A stretch of 32,000 nucleotides of DNA from the NCBI RefSeq assembly GCF_000189295.2, contig NC_016803.1, forward strand, positions 2,160,001 to 2,192,000, in the 5' to 3' direction. Made by a program: the position numbers and the translations under genes. The stretch is from Pseudodesulfovibrio mercurii (GTDB lineage: Bacteria > Desulfobacterota > Desulfovibrionia > Desulfovibrionales > Desulfovibrionaceae). Below, piece after piece: positions 23,390 through 30,793 of this stretch (position 1 is its first letter; the number at the start of each line of letters is the position of its first letter). Under the pieces are notes generated by a model, which was given only the letters and a program-made list of their open reading frames with translations, did not search any database and was not told the DNA's origin.

Positions 23390-23440
23390 AAAAAAGCGAA
23401 AGCGCCTGTATTCCGGTCGGTTACACGGAATACAGGCGCT
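23390..23440 (-). terminator. Rho-independent terminator of the Zn-ribbon gene
   Basis: Perfect 15-bp stem AGCGCCTGTATTCCG (23401-23415) / CGGAATACAGGCGCT (23426-23440) with a 10-nt loop. On the minus strand it is followed by TTCGCTTTTTTT (23390-23400). Confidence 0.8.
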
Positions 23441-23464
23441 TTTCACGCCGCATGTCGGCCTGTC

Positions 23465-23722
23465 CTAGTTGGCCACTGCCGGCATGGAGGTCCGCTCGTC
23501 CTTTTCCCGGTTCAGGCGAATGACCTGGGTGGTGAAGGTGGTCTCGTCGGGCACGCAGCCGGGGCACCCCTCCGAGAGGATCACGCACCGCTCATCCAGG
23601 GTGGACGGATCGATCTTGGCCAATTTGAGGAGCTTCGTGGTCATGCCGCGCTTCCAGAGGATAGGCTGGCCGCAGCGGTGACATTCCACATACAACAGTT
23701 CCGGATCGAATTTCCTGGTCAT
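23465..23722 (-). CDS. Small Zn-ribbon-like protein (85 aa), unknown function
   Basis: MTRKFDPELLYVECHRCGQPILWKRG...SEGCPGCVPDE has two CxxC pairs. The track start at 23887 looks like a spurious extension. Confidence 0.65.
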   Translation of the reverse strand: MTRKFDPELLYVECHRCGQPILWKRGMTTKLLKLAKIDPSTLDERCVILSEGCPGCVPDETTFTTQVIRLNREKDERTSMPAVAN

Positions 23723-23913
23723 GGCTTCAAGGTAAGCTTCGGACCCGCGCTTGGCAAGGGGATGACGGTCGCGGGGAATTATTATTTCCAAGGGCTGGGA
23801 ATAGCCCCCGTCCACGCGGGGTTGACGCGGAAGGTGCGGGCTGGCACCAAACTTGATACGGTTCCCCGGACCGGAACAAACTGCCATCGCGGCATCGCAA
23901 CAAAGGGCGCACA

Positions 23914-25275
23914 GTGAAAACCACCTACCTGATCATCGGCGCGGGCCCCACGGGCCTGGGCGCGGCCCACCGGCTCCGGGAGCTCGGCGTCGCCGACTTC
24001 CTGGTCCTCGAACGCAACCCCTACGCGGGCGGCCTGGCCGCCAGCTTCCGCGACGACCACGGCTTCACCTGGGATATCGGCGGCCACGTGGTCTTCTCCC
24101 ACTACGCCTACTTCGACGCGCTCATGGACTCCCTGCTCGGGGCCGAGCGGCTGGAGCACCAGCGCGAGTCCTGGGTCCGCTCCAACGGGACCTGGGTGCC
24201 CTACCCGTTCCAGAACAACATCCGCCACCTGCCCAAGGACGCCCGCTGGGAATGCGTGGAGGGGCTGCTGCCCGGTAACCGCCCGACGACCCCGCCCGAG
24301 AACTTCGCCCGGTGGATCGACACCGTCTTCGGCCGGGGCATCGCCCGCCACTTCATGAACCCGTACAACTTCAAGGTCTGGGCCACCCCGCCCGAGCTGA
24401 TGCAGTTCGGCTGGATCGGCGAGCGGGTCTCGGTGGTGGACCTGAAGATGGTCCTGCGCAACATCATTCAGGAGCGCGACGACGTGGCCTGGGGCCCGAA
24501 CAACACCTTCAGGTTCCCCCTCCACGGCGGCACGGGCGAAATATTCCGCCGCCTGGCCGGTCGGGTGGCCGACCGCATCGAGTACGGCCAGTCCGTGGCC
24601 CGCATCGACGCCAAGGCCAAGACCGTCACCACGGAACAGGGGCTGACCGTGGAATACGAAACCCTGCTCAACACCGCGCCCCTGGACCTCCTGGTCCGGG
24701 ACTGGCTCGTCGACGCGCCCGACGCCCTGCGCGACGCTGCGGACGGCCTCGACCACAACTCGGTATATGTGGCCGGCATCGGCCTGGACAAAGAGCCCGG
24801 CGCCGCGCCCGACACCCGCTGCTGGATGTATTTCCCGGACAGCGACAGCCCCTTCTACCGGGTGACCAACTTCCACAACTACTCGCCCGACAACGTGGCC
24901 CGGCCCGGCGAACAGCTGGCCCTCATGTGCGAGACCTCCTTCTCGAAACACAAGCCGGAAAACGTCCACGAACTGATGGACCGCACCGTGCGGGGTCTGG
25001 TAAACTCCGCCCTGTTGCGCGGGGACGGGGTGGACGACATCCTGAGCCGCTGGGAGATCGCCGTGGACTACGGCTATCCCGTGCCGAGCCTGACGCGCGA
25101 CAAGGCGCTGCGCATCCTGCAACCGGGCCTGGAAGCCCTGCGCATCCACTCCCGCGGCCGCTTCGGCGGCTGGAAGTACGAGGTGTCCAACATGGACCAC
25201 TCGGTCATGCAGGGCGTGGAGTGGGCCGAGCGCATGGTCCTCGGCACCCCCGAAAAAACCTACACAGTGGATTGA
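23914..25275 (+). CDS. FAD/NAD(P)-binding oxidoreductase (amine oxidase / UDP-galactopyranose mutase-like superfamily)
   Basis: 453 aa. The N-terminal Rossmann motif is YLIIGAGPTGLGAAHRL...VLERNPYAGGLA. Substrate unknown. Confidence 0.85.
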   Translation: MKTTYLIIGAGPTGLGAAHRLRELGVADFLVLERNPYAGGLAASFRDDHGFTWDIGGHVVFSHYAYFDALMDSLLGAERLEHQRESWVRSNGTWVPYPFQNNIRHLPKDARWECVEGLLPGNRPTTPPENFARWIDTVFGRGIARHFMNPYNFKVWATPPELMQFGWIGERVSVVDLKMVLRNIIQERDDVAWGPNNTFRFPLHGGTGEIFRRLAGRVADRIEYGQSVARIDAKAKTVTTEQGLTVEYETLLNTAPLDLLVRDWLVDAPDALRDAADGLDHNSVYVAGIGLDKEPGAAPDTRCWMYFPDSDSPFYRVTNFHNYSPDNVARPGEQLALMCETSFSKHKPENVHELMDRTVRGLVNSALLRGDGVDDILSRWEIAVDYGYPVPSLTRDKALRILQPGLEALRIHSRGRFGGWKYEVSNMDHSVMQGVEWAERMVLGTPEKTYTVD

Positions 25276-25280
25276 ACATC

Positions 25281-26348
25281 ATGAATACATCCGTCTATGA
25301 AAAACGCCGCGAGGAGCTCAAGAGCGAGATGCGCGCCCGCGGCCTGTCCGCCATGCTCGTGTCCCTGGCGGCCAACCGGTATTACCTGAGCGGCTTCGAG
25401 CTGCATGACGCCCAGTGCAACGAATCGTCCGGCTGGCTCGTCGTCACCCCGGACCGGGACTGCCTGTTCACCGACCCCCGCTACCTGGACGCGGCCCGCA
25501 AGGTCTGGGACGAGAACGACCTGGGCATCTACACCGCCCGCAAGCACGAGGAGATCGCCGCGTTCCTCCACGGGCGCGGCATCGACACCCTGGGCTTCGA
25601 GCCCAAGGCCCTGCACCTCTTCGACTACGACAAGCTGGCCGAACACTTCACCCTGATCTCCACCGAGAACATCGTCGAGTCCCTGCGGATCATCAAGGAC
25701 GAGGACGAGATCCGGCGCATGGACGCCTCCATGCGCCTGAACCACGAGCTCTTCGAATACATCGAGGGCGAGCTCGTCCCCGGCCGGACCGAAAAGGAGA
25801 TCGCCTGGCTGGTGGAGAAATTCTTCCGCGAACACGGGGCCCAGGGACTGGCCTTCTCGACCATCGTGGGCGTGGGCCCCAACGCCGCCCTGCCCCACTG
25901 CATCCCCGGCGACACCAAACTGCGCGAGAACGACATGGTCCTCATCGACACCGGCTGCCGCCTGCTCGACTACAACTCGGACCAGACCCGGACCTTCTGG
26001 GTGGGCGACAAGCCGTCCGACCGCTTTCAAAAGACCATGGCCCAGGTGCGCGCCGCCCAACAGGCCGCCATCGACATCATCCGCCCCGGCCTGTCCTGCG
26101 TGGACGCCTACCGCGCCGCCTACGCCGTCTTCGAAAAGGACGGCGTCGAGGCCCTCTTCACCCACGGCCTGGGACACGGCGTGGGACTCGAAACCCACGA
26201 ACCGCCCTCCCTGTCCCGCGCGGGCCAGGGCAAACTCGAACCCGGCATGGTCGTCACCGTCGAACCCGGCCTCTACGACCCCGCCTGGGGCGGCATCCGC
26301 TGGGAATACCAGGTCCTCGTCACCGAAGACGGCTGCCGCGTCATGTAA
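25281..26348 (+). CDS. M24-family Xaa-Pro peptidase
   Basis: 355 aa from MNTSVYEKRREELKSEMRARGLSAMLV, embedded in the longer track ORF 24312-26348. It has a creatinase-like N-domain plus pita-bread metal ligand motifs DTGCRLLDYNSDQTRT, HGLGHGVGLETHE and TVEPGLY. Confidence 0.9.
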   Translation: MNTSVYEKRREELKSEMRARGLSAMLVSLAANRYYLSGFELHDAQCNESSGWLVVTPDRDCLFTDPRYLDAARKVWDENDLGIYTARKHEEIAAFLHGRGIDTLGFEPKALHLFDYDKLAEHFTLISTENIVESLRIIKDEDEIRRMDASMRLNHELFEYIEGELVPGRTEKEIAWLVEKFFREHGAQGLAFSTIVGVGPNAALPHCIPGDTKLRENDMVLIDTGCRLLDYNSDQTRTFWVGDKPSDRFQKTMAQVRAAQQAAIDIIRPGLSCVDAYRAAYAVFEKDGVEALFTHGLGHGVGLETHEPPSLSRAGQGKLEPGMVVTVEPGLYDPAWGGIRWEYQVLVTEDGCRVM

Positions 26349-26368
26349 CCACCCCTGAGACCATCAAT

Positions 26369-26407
26369 AAAGGTCGCGGCCCGCTCAAGCGGGCCGCGAC
26401 CTTTTTT
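26369..26407 (+). terminator. Rho-independent terminator of the peptidase gene
   Basis: AAAGGTCGCGGCCCGC-tcaa-GCGGGCCGCGACC followed by TTTTTT (26402-26407). Confidence 0.85.
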
Positions 26408-26733
26408 AATGCCTCCGGCGGCCAGAGGGGGAAACTTTTGGAAAAGTTTCCCCCTCTGGACTCCCCCTTCCAAACTTTTTATCGCCGCTTCGCGGGGAGC
26501 GAACCCAATAAAAAAGGCCTCCGCCCCTGTATCGGTCAAAGGCCTTCGGTTTTCACTCTTCTGGAGCGATTCGGGTGCGCCAGCACCCGACAGCGGCTCT
26601 CCGCGCTCGCACTAGGCTTTCGAGAGTGGGTCAGCTGTGCATTTTTTCCGGCCGCGACAACCGCAGCGTAGCCGCCTACGTGAGGATTGGAGCGGCCGGA
26701 AAAAATGTGCAGATGGCCCGCTATCGGAAGCCG
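26408..26733 (+). repeat. Intergenic repeat family, copy A (~326 bp, hairpin-rich, non-coding)
   Basis: Starts with AATGCCTCCGGCGGCC directly after the terminator. Has a 38-nt palindrome at 26422-26459, the conserved block CTGGAGCGATTCGGG...CCCGACAGCGGCTCTCCGCGCTCGCACTAGGCTTTCGAGAGTGGGTCAG and a long hairpin at 26635-26711. Ends with GATGGCCCGCTATCGGAAGCCGC. Near-identical blocks occur in copy B. Confidence 0.85.
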
Positions 26734-26743
26734 CGTAAGGCCC

Positions 26744-28627
26744 CTATATCTGCAACCGAGCCCCTACTTCGATGACTTGTTCGGAGGGGATGTCGAAGAA
26801 GGCCGCCGGGTCCATGCCGTTGCGGGACAGGAAGAGATACAGGCTGGAACGCCAGCGGGCCATGGCCGGGGGGGTGCCGATGGTCAGCTTTTCGCGGCCC
26901 AGGAAGAAGCTGGCCGTGTTCATGTCCACGTTCACGCCCTTGTCCCGGCACAGGGTGAAGATCAGGGCCACGGTGGGCTCCTCCATGTAGCCGAAGTGGG
27001 CGATGATCCGGTGGATGCCCGAGCCGAACCGCTCCAGTTCGATCTTCTCGAAGTTGGGTACGCGCGGGATCTGCTCGGTGCGGATGTTCAGGAAATAGAC
27101 TTCGGAATGCAGGACCTTGTTGTGGCGCAGGTTCTGGATCATGGCCACGGGCACGGTGTTGTGGCTGCGGGTCAGGAACACGGCCTGGCCCGGCACGCGC
27201 TTGGGCGGGTCGTCGGCGATGCCCTTGAGGAACTCGTCCAGGGGCTTGGTCAGTCCCCGGGCGCGCTCGGCCAGAATCTCGCCGCCGCGCTCCCAGGTGA
27301 GCATGACCACCAGGACCAGCAGGGCGATGACCAGGGGGAACCATGCCCCATGGGTGATCTTGGTCATGTTCGCGGCGAAGAACGAGAAGTCCACGGTGAA
27401 GAACAGGGCCGTGAGCCCTGCGGCCACGGGCAGCTTCCACTCCCAGCGCTTGCGCATGACGATGTAGAACAGGGTGGCGGTGACGAGCATGCTCGCGGTC
27501 ACGGCCACGCCGTAGGCCGCGGCCAGGCGGCTGGACGTGCGGAAGCCCAGGACCAGCCCCACGGTGCAGACCATCAGCAGCCAGTTGACCGGGGCCACGT
27601 AGATCTGGCCCTTGTGCGAGGCCGAGGTGTGGGTCACGCGCAGCCGGGGCAGGTAGCCCAGCTGGACCGCCTGGGAGGTCAGGGAAAAGGCCCCGGTGAT
27701 GACCGCCTGGGAGGCCACGATGGTGGCCATGGTGGCCAGGATGACCATGGGGATGATCGCCCAGCGGGGCACGATGGCGTAGAACGGGTGGAAGGCGTCC
27801 TGGGGCGTGGACAAGAGGTGCGCGCCCTGGCCGAAGTAATTGAGCAGCAGGGCGGGCAGGGCCACCAGAAACCAGGTCAGCCGGATGGGGCGGCGGCCGA
27901 AGTGGCCCAGGTCCGCGTAGATGGCCTCGGCCCCGGTGGCCACCAGGAAGACCGCGCCCAGGACCACGAAGCCGTGCAGCTTGTTGGCGATGAGAAAATG
28001 CAGGCCGTGCCAGGGCAGGACGGCCGCCAGCACCGACGGGGTCCTGACCACCTGGTGCAGGCCGATCAGGGCCAGACTGGCCATCCAGATGAGGATGACC
28101 GGACCGAACAGGGTGCCGACCTTGGCCGTGCCGTGGCGTTGCAGCAGGAACAGGCTGATCAGGATGGCCAGGGTGATGTGCAGGATGTACGGCTTGAACA
28201 GGGGCGTGATGTGCCCGAGCCCCTCCACGGCGCTCAGGACCGAGATGGCCGGGGTGATCATGCCGTCGCCGTAGAGCAGGCAGGCCGCGAACAGGCCGAG
28301 AATGACCAGGAACCAGGCCCCCCTGGTCATGTTCTCCTTGCGCGGTTTGACCAGGGTGGTCAGGGCGAGCACCCCGCCCTCGCCGTCGTGGTCGGCGCGC
28401 AGGACCATGGTCAGGTACTTGAACGAGACGATGAGCATGAGCGACCAAAAGATCAGGGAGAGCACGCCCAGGACGTTCTCCGGGGTGACCGCGATGCCGT
28501 ATTCGCCGTGAAAACACTCGCGCAGGGCGTACAGCGGGCTGGTGCCGATGTCGCCGAAGACCACGCCCAGCGCGGCCAGGGACAGGGCCGCCAGTCGTTT
28601 GCCGGTGGGATGATCGGTAAATTCCAT
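26744..28627 (-). CDS. kup: KUP/HAK/KT potassium uptake transporter
   Basis: Start MEFTDHPTGKRLAALSLAALGVVFGDIGTSPLYALRECF carries the Kup signature GDIGTSPLY. It has 12 TM helices plus a cytoplasmic C-domain. GGAG RBS present. The track ATG at 28690 is a likely extension. Confidence 0.92.
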   Translation of the reverse strand: MEFTDHPTGKRLAALSLAALGVVFGDIGTSPLYALRECFHGEYGIAVTPENVLGVLSLIFWSLMLIVSFKYLTMVLRADHDGEGGVLALTTLVKPRKENMTRGAWFLVILGLFAACLLYGDGMITPAISVLSAVEGLGHITPLFKPYILHITLAILISLFLLQRHGTAKVGTLFGPVILIWMASLALIGLHQVVRTPSVLAAVLPWHGLHFLIANKLHGFVVLGAVFLVATGAEAIYADLGHFGRRPIRLTWFLVALPALLLNYFGQGAHLLSTPQDAFHPFYAIVPRWAIIPMVILATMATIVASQAVITGAFSLTSQAVQLGYLPRLRVTHTSASHKGQIYVAPVNWLLMVCTVGLVLGFRTSSRLAAAYGVAVTASMLVTATLFYIVMRKRWEWKLPVAAGLTALFFTVDFSFFAANMTKITHGAWFPLVIALLVLVVMLTWERGGEILAERARGLTKPLDEFLKGIADDPPKRVPGQAVFLTRSHNTVPVAMIQNLRHNKVLHSEVYFLNIRTEQIPRVPNFEKIELERFGSGIHRIIAHFGYMEEPTVALIFTLCRDKGVNVDMNTASFFLGREKLTIGTPPAMARWRSSLYLFLSRNGMDPAAFFDIPSEQVIEVGARLQI

Positions 28628-28812
28628 GCAGGCTCCGATTTGGATTCCGGGCCGCCAAATCCGGCCCGACAGGACGCACCATACCGCCATCAGCCGCCTT
28701 GTGCCACCCCCCGCCGACGTCCCGGACGGCCCGCAATCCGGACCTTGACCGCCGCGCCACGCTCTGTCATCAATTTGAATGACACAATGAAAACCTCCGG
28801 GGGGGTGGCTTC

Positions 28813-29055
28813 ATGAGCAAGAAAGTGCGCAGCGTTCGTGTGCCCAAGGAATTGGAAACTCTGAACCTTTCGGGTATAATCCGGGAATGCGAGAGCCACT
28901 TGCGCGATCTCGAATCCGCCACCCTGCTCAAGCAGCAGGGCAACCAGGAGGCGGCCGAGGCGCTGATGAAGACGCGCCAGGCCGACCTGGGCCGCAAGAT
29001 CGGGAAACTGGTCTGGGAGGCCCGCGTACACTACGGAAAATCCAGAGAGGACTGA
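28813..29055 (+). CDS. Small hypothetical protein (80 aa)
   Basis: The ORF ends 1 nt before the thioesterase start, suggesting a coupled pair. It is charged and looks helical. No recognisable motif. Confidence 0.55.
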   Translation: MSKKVRSVRVPKELETLNLSGIIRECESHLRDLESATLLKQQGNQEAAEALMKTRQADLGRKIGKLVWEARVHYGKSRED

Positions 29056-29056
29056 T

Positions 29057-29560
29057 ATGAAAGCGAAATCCGCAGCAGAGTCCGAGGTGATCATGACCCA
29101 CCTCGTCCTGCCCCAGGACGCCAACCCCGCAGGCAACCTGCACGGCGGCGTCATACTCAAGCACGTGGACACGACCGGAGGCGTGGTGGCCAAACGCCAC
29201 TCGCGCAGCAACACCGTGACCGTATCCATCGACCGCATGGCCTTCAAACAGCCCGCCTACATGGGCGAGCTGCTCATCTTCAAGGCCAGCCTGAACCACG
29301 TGGGCCGCACCTCCATGGAGATCGGCGTGCGCGTGGAGGCCGAAAACCTGCGCACCGGCGAGGTCCGCCACACCAACTCCGCCTACCTGACCTACGTGGC
29401 CCTGGACGACAACGGCAAACCCGCCGAGGTCCCGCCCCTCAAGCTCGAAACCGAGACCGCCAAGCGCCGCTACCGCGAAGCCGAACTGCGCCGCGAGATG
29501 CGCAAGAAGGAACGCGAACTCGAGGAAGGCAAAAAGGTCTGCCGCCAACAGGAACAATGA
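29057..29560 (+). CDS. Acyl-CoA thioesterase (hotdog fold, YciA/BFIT-like)
   Basis: The pattern LVLPQDANPAGNLHGGVILKHVDTTGGVVAKRH...VTVSIDRMAFKQPAYMGELLIFKASLNHVGRTSMEIGVRVEAE is typical of acyl-CoA thioester hydrolases. Confidence 0.9.
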   Translation: MKAKSAAESEVIMTHLVLPQDANPAGNLHGGVILKHVDTTGGVVAKRHSRSNTVTVSIDRMAFKQPAYMGELLIFKASLNHVGRTSMEIGVRVEAENLRTGEVRHTNSAYLTYVALDDNGKPAEVPPLKLETETAKRRYREAELRREMRKKERELEEGKKVCRQQEQ

Positions 29561-29561
29561 C

Positions 29562-29598
29562 CAATCAAAAGGGCCGCTTGTAGCGGCCCTTTTGATTG
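29562..29598 (+). terminator. Rho-independent terminator of the thioesterase gene
   Basis: CAATCAAAAGGGCCGC-ttgta-GCGGCCCTTTTGATTG: 16-bp perfect stem whose 3' arm contains TTTT. Confidence 0.8.
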
Positions 29599-29929
29599 AA
29601 TGCCTCCGGCGGCCAGAGGGGGAAACTTTTGAAAAAGTTTCCCCCTCTGGACTCCCCCTTCCAAACTTCTTGTCGCCGCTTCGCGGGGAGCGAACACACC
29701 CAAAAGGCCTCCGACCCACCACCGAGTCAACGGCCCATATTCTTTCTCTTTCTGGAGCGATTCGGGAGGCGCAGCCACCCGACAGCGGCTCTCCGCGCTC
29801 GCACTAGGCTTTCGAGAGTGGGTCAGCCGTGCATTTTTCGAAGGGGGATTTGATCCTCATGTACGGGGTGTACACTGCGGTCAAATCCCCCTTCGAAAAA
29901 TGTGCGGATGGCCCGCTATCGGAAGCCGC
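29599..29929 (+). repeat. Intergenic repeat family, copy B (~331 bp)
   Basis: Has the same termini and conserved blocks as copy A. The palindrome is at 29613-29650. The distal hairpin at 29827-29907 has a different stem sequence. The copy abuts the stop codon of the DMT gene at 29930. Confidence 0.85.
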
Positions 29930-30793
29930 CTACCGTACCCGCTTCTTCTTCCCGCCCTGGGAGCCGATGTAGATGCCTATGAGCGCCAGAGCCACACCGG
30001 ATAGCTCTATCAGATTGACCGGCTTGTGGAAAAAAAGGATGTCCCAGACAAAGGAGAGGGTCGGCTGCAACAGCAGTATCAACCCGACCAGGGCCCCGCG
30101 CACGGTCTGGATGCCCCGGGTGATCAGGAACCAGCCCACGGCGTGGCAGACGAGCGCCAGGGTGGAGATGGCGGCCAGGGACTTGAGCGTGGGGATGACG
30201 AAGGACTCGCCCTCGAACAGGGCGAAGCCGCCGAGGATCAGGCCGGTGGCCAGGGCCGCGACCGAGGCCAGGACCAGGGAGTCCATGCGGTCCTTGGCCA
30301 GGGCGTACTTGAGCGAGAGCATGTACAGGGCGTAGAAGCAGGCGGTCAGGAGCCCGTAGACCACGCCCAGCCGGTAGTCGGCGGTGAAGTGCGACCAGCC
30401 CACGCCGACCATGAGGTAGAGCCCGGCCAGGGCCAGCGGGATGGCCGCGTACATGCGCCCGGACAGACGCTCCTTGAAGAACAGGGCCGAGACCACGGCC
30501 AGGGGGATGACCTGGAAGTTGCCGAGCATGGTGGACAGGCCGGGTCCCACAAAGACGATGGCCCGATGCCAGAAGACGAAGTCGCCCGCGAAGAACACGG
30601 CGGCCACGCAGCCCCACTTGATCACGGGCGGGGTGAACAGCCGGAGCTTGCCCGCATGGGCCAGGACCGCGAGCATGGCCAGCCCGCCGCCGGTCAGCCG
30701 GTAGAACCCGGCCACGTCCGGGGGCAGCCCGGCCAGGACGACCATGACCGAGGAAAAGCTGATCAGCACCGCGCCGATGAAGAGAGCGCTCAC
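29930..30793 (-). CDS. DMT-superfamily (EamA) transporter
   Basis: The hydrophobic 287-aa protein begins [23 protein letters not shown]. The GTG at 30791-30793 overlaps the sfsA stop (GTGA). The rest of the 535-aa track ORF is out-of-frame read-through across sfsA. Confidence 0.8.
   Translation of the reverse strand: MSALFIGAVLISFSSVMVVLAGLPPDVAGFYRLTGGGLAMLAVLAHAGKLRLFTPPVIKWGCVAAVFFAGDFVFWHRAIVFVGPGLSTMLGNFQVIPLAVVSALFFKERLSGRMYAAIPLALAGLYLMVGVGWSHFTADYRLGVVYGLLTACFYALYMLSLKYALAKDRMDSLVLASVAALATGLILGGFALFEGESFVIPTLKSLAAISTLALVCHAVGWFLITRGIQTVRGALVGLILLLQPTLSFVWDILFFHKPVNLIELSGVALALIGIYIGSQGGKKKRVR

Noticed and set aside
18296-23887. Longer ATG-initiated versions of several track ORFs: starts at 23100, 20957, 20302, 19268, 18589, 18353 and 23887, plus 10129 and 28690 elsewhere.
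   Set aside because: The extensions overlap the upstream genes, lack RBSs and add Arg/Pro-rich or non-signal sequence. Internal starts have AGGAG-type RBSs and stop/start coupling.
26687-28816. 709-aa plus-strand ORF and 679-aa alternative minus-frame ORF (26721-28760) over the kup locus.
   Set aside because: Only the 26744-28627 frame gives a Kup protein (GDIGTSPLY, 12 TM helices). The others are compositional artefacts.
26409-29853. Small ORFs inside the repeats (26409-26615, 26273-26539, 29592-29807, 29596-29853, 29470-29778).
   Set aside because: Indels between copies A and B shift the frames, so no frame is conserved. The conserved features are hairpins, so I treat these regions as non-coding.
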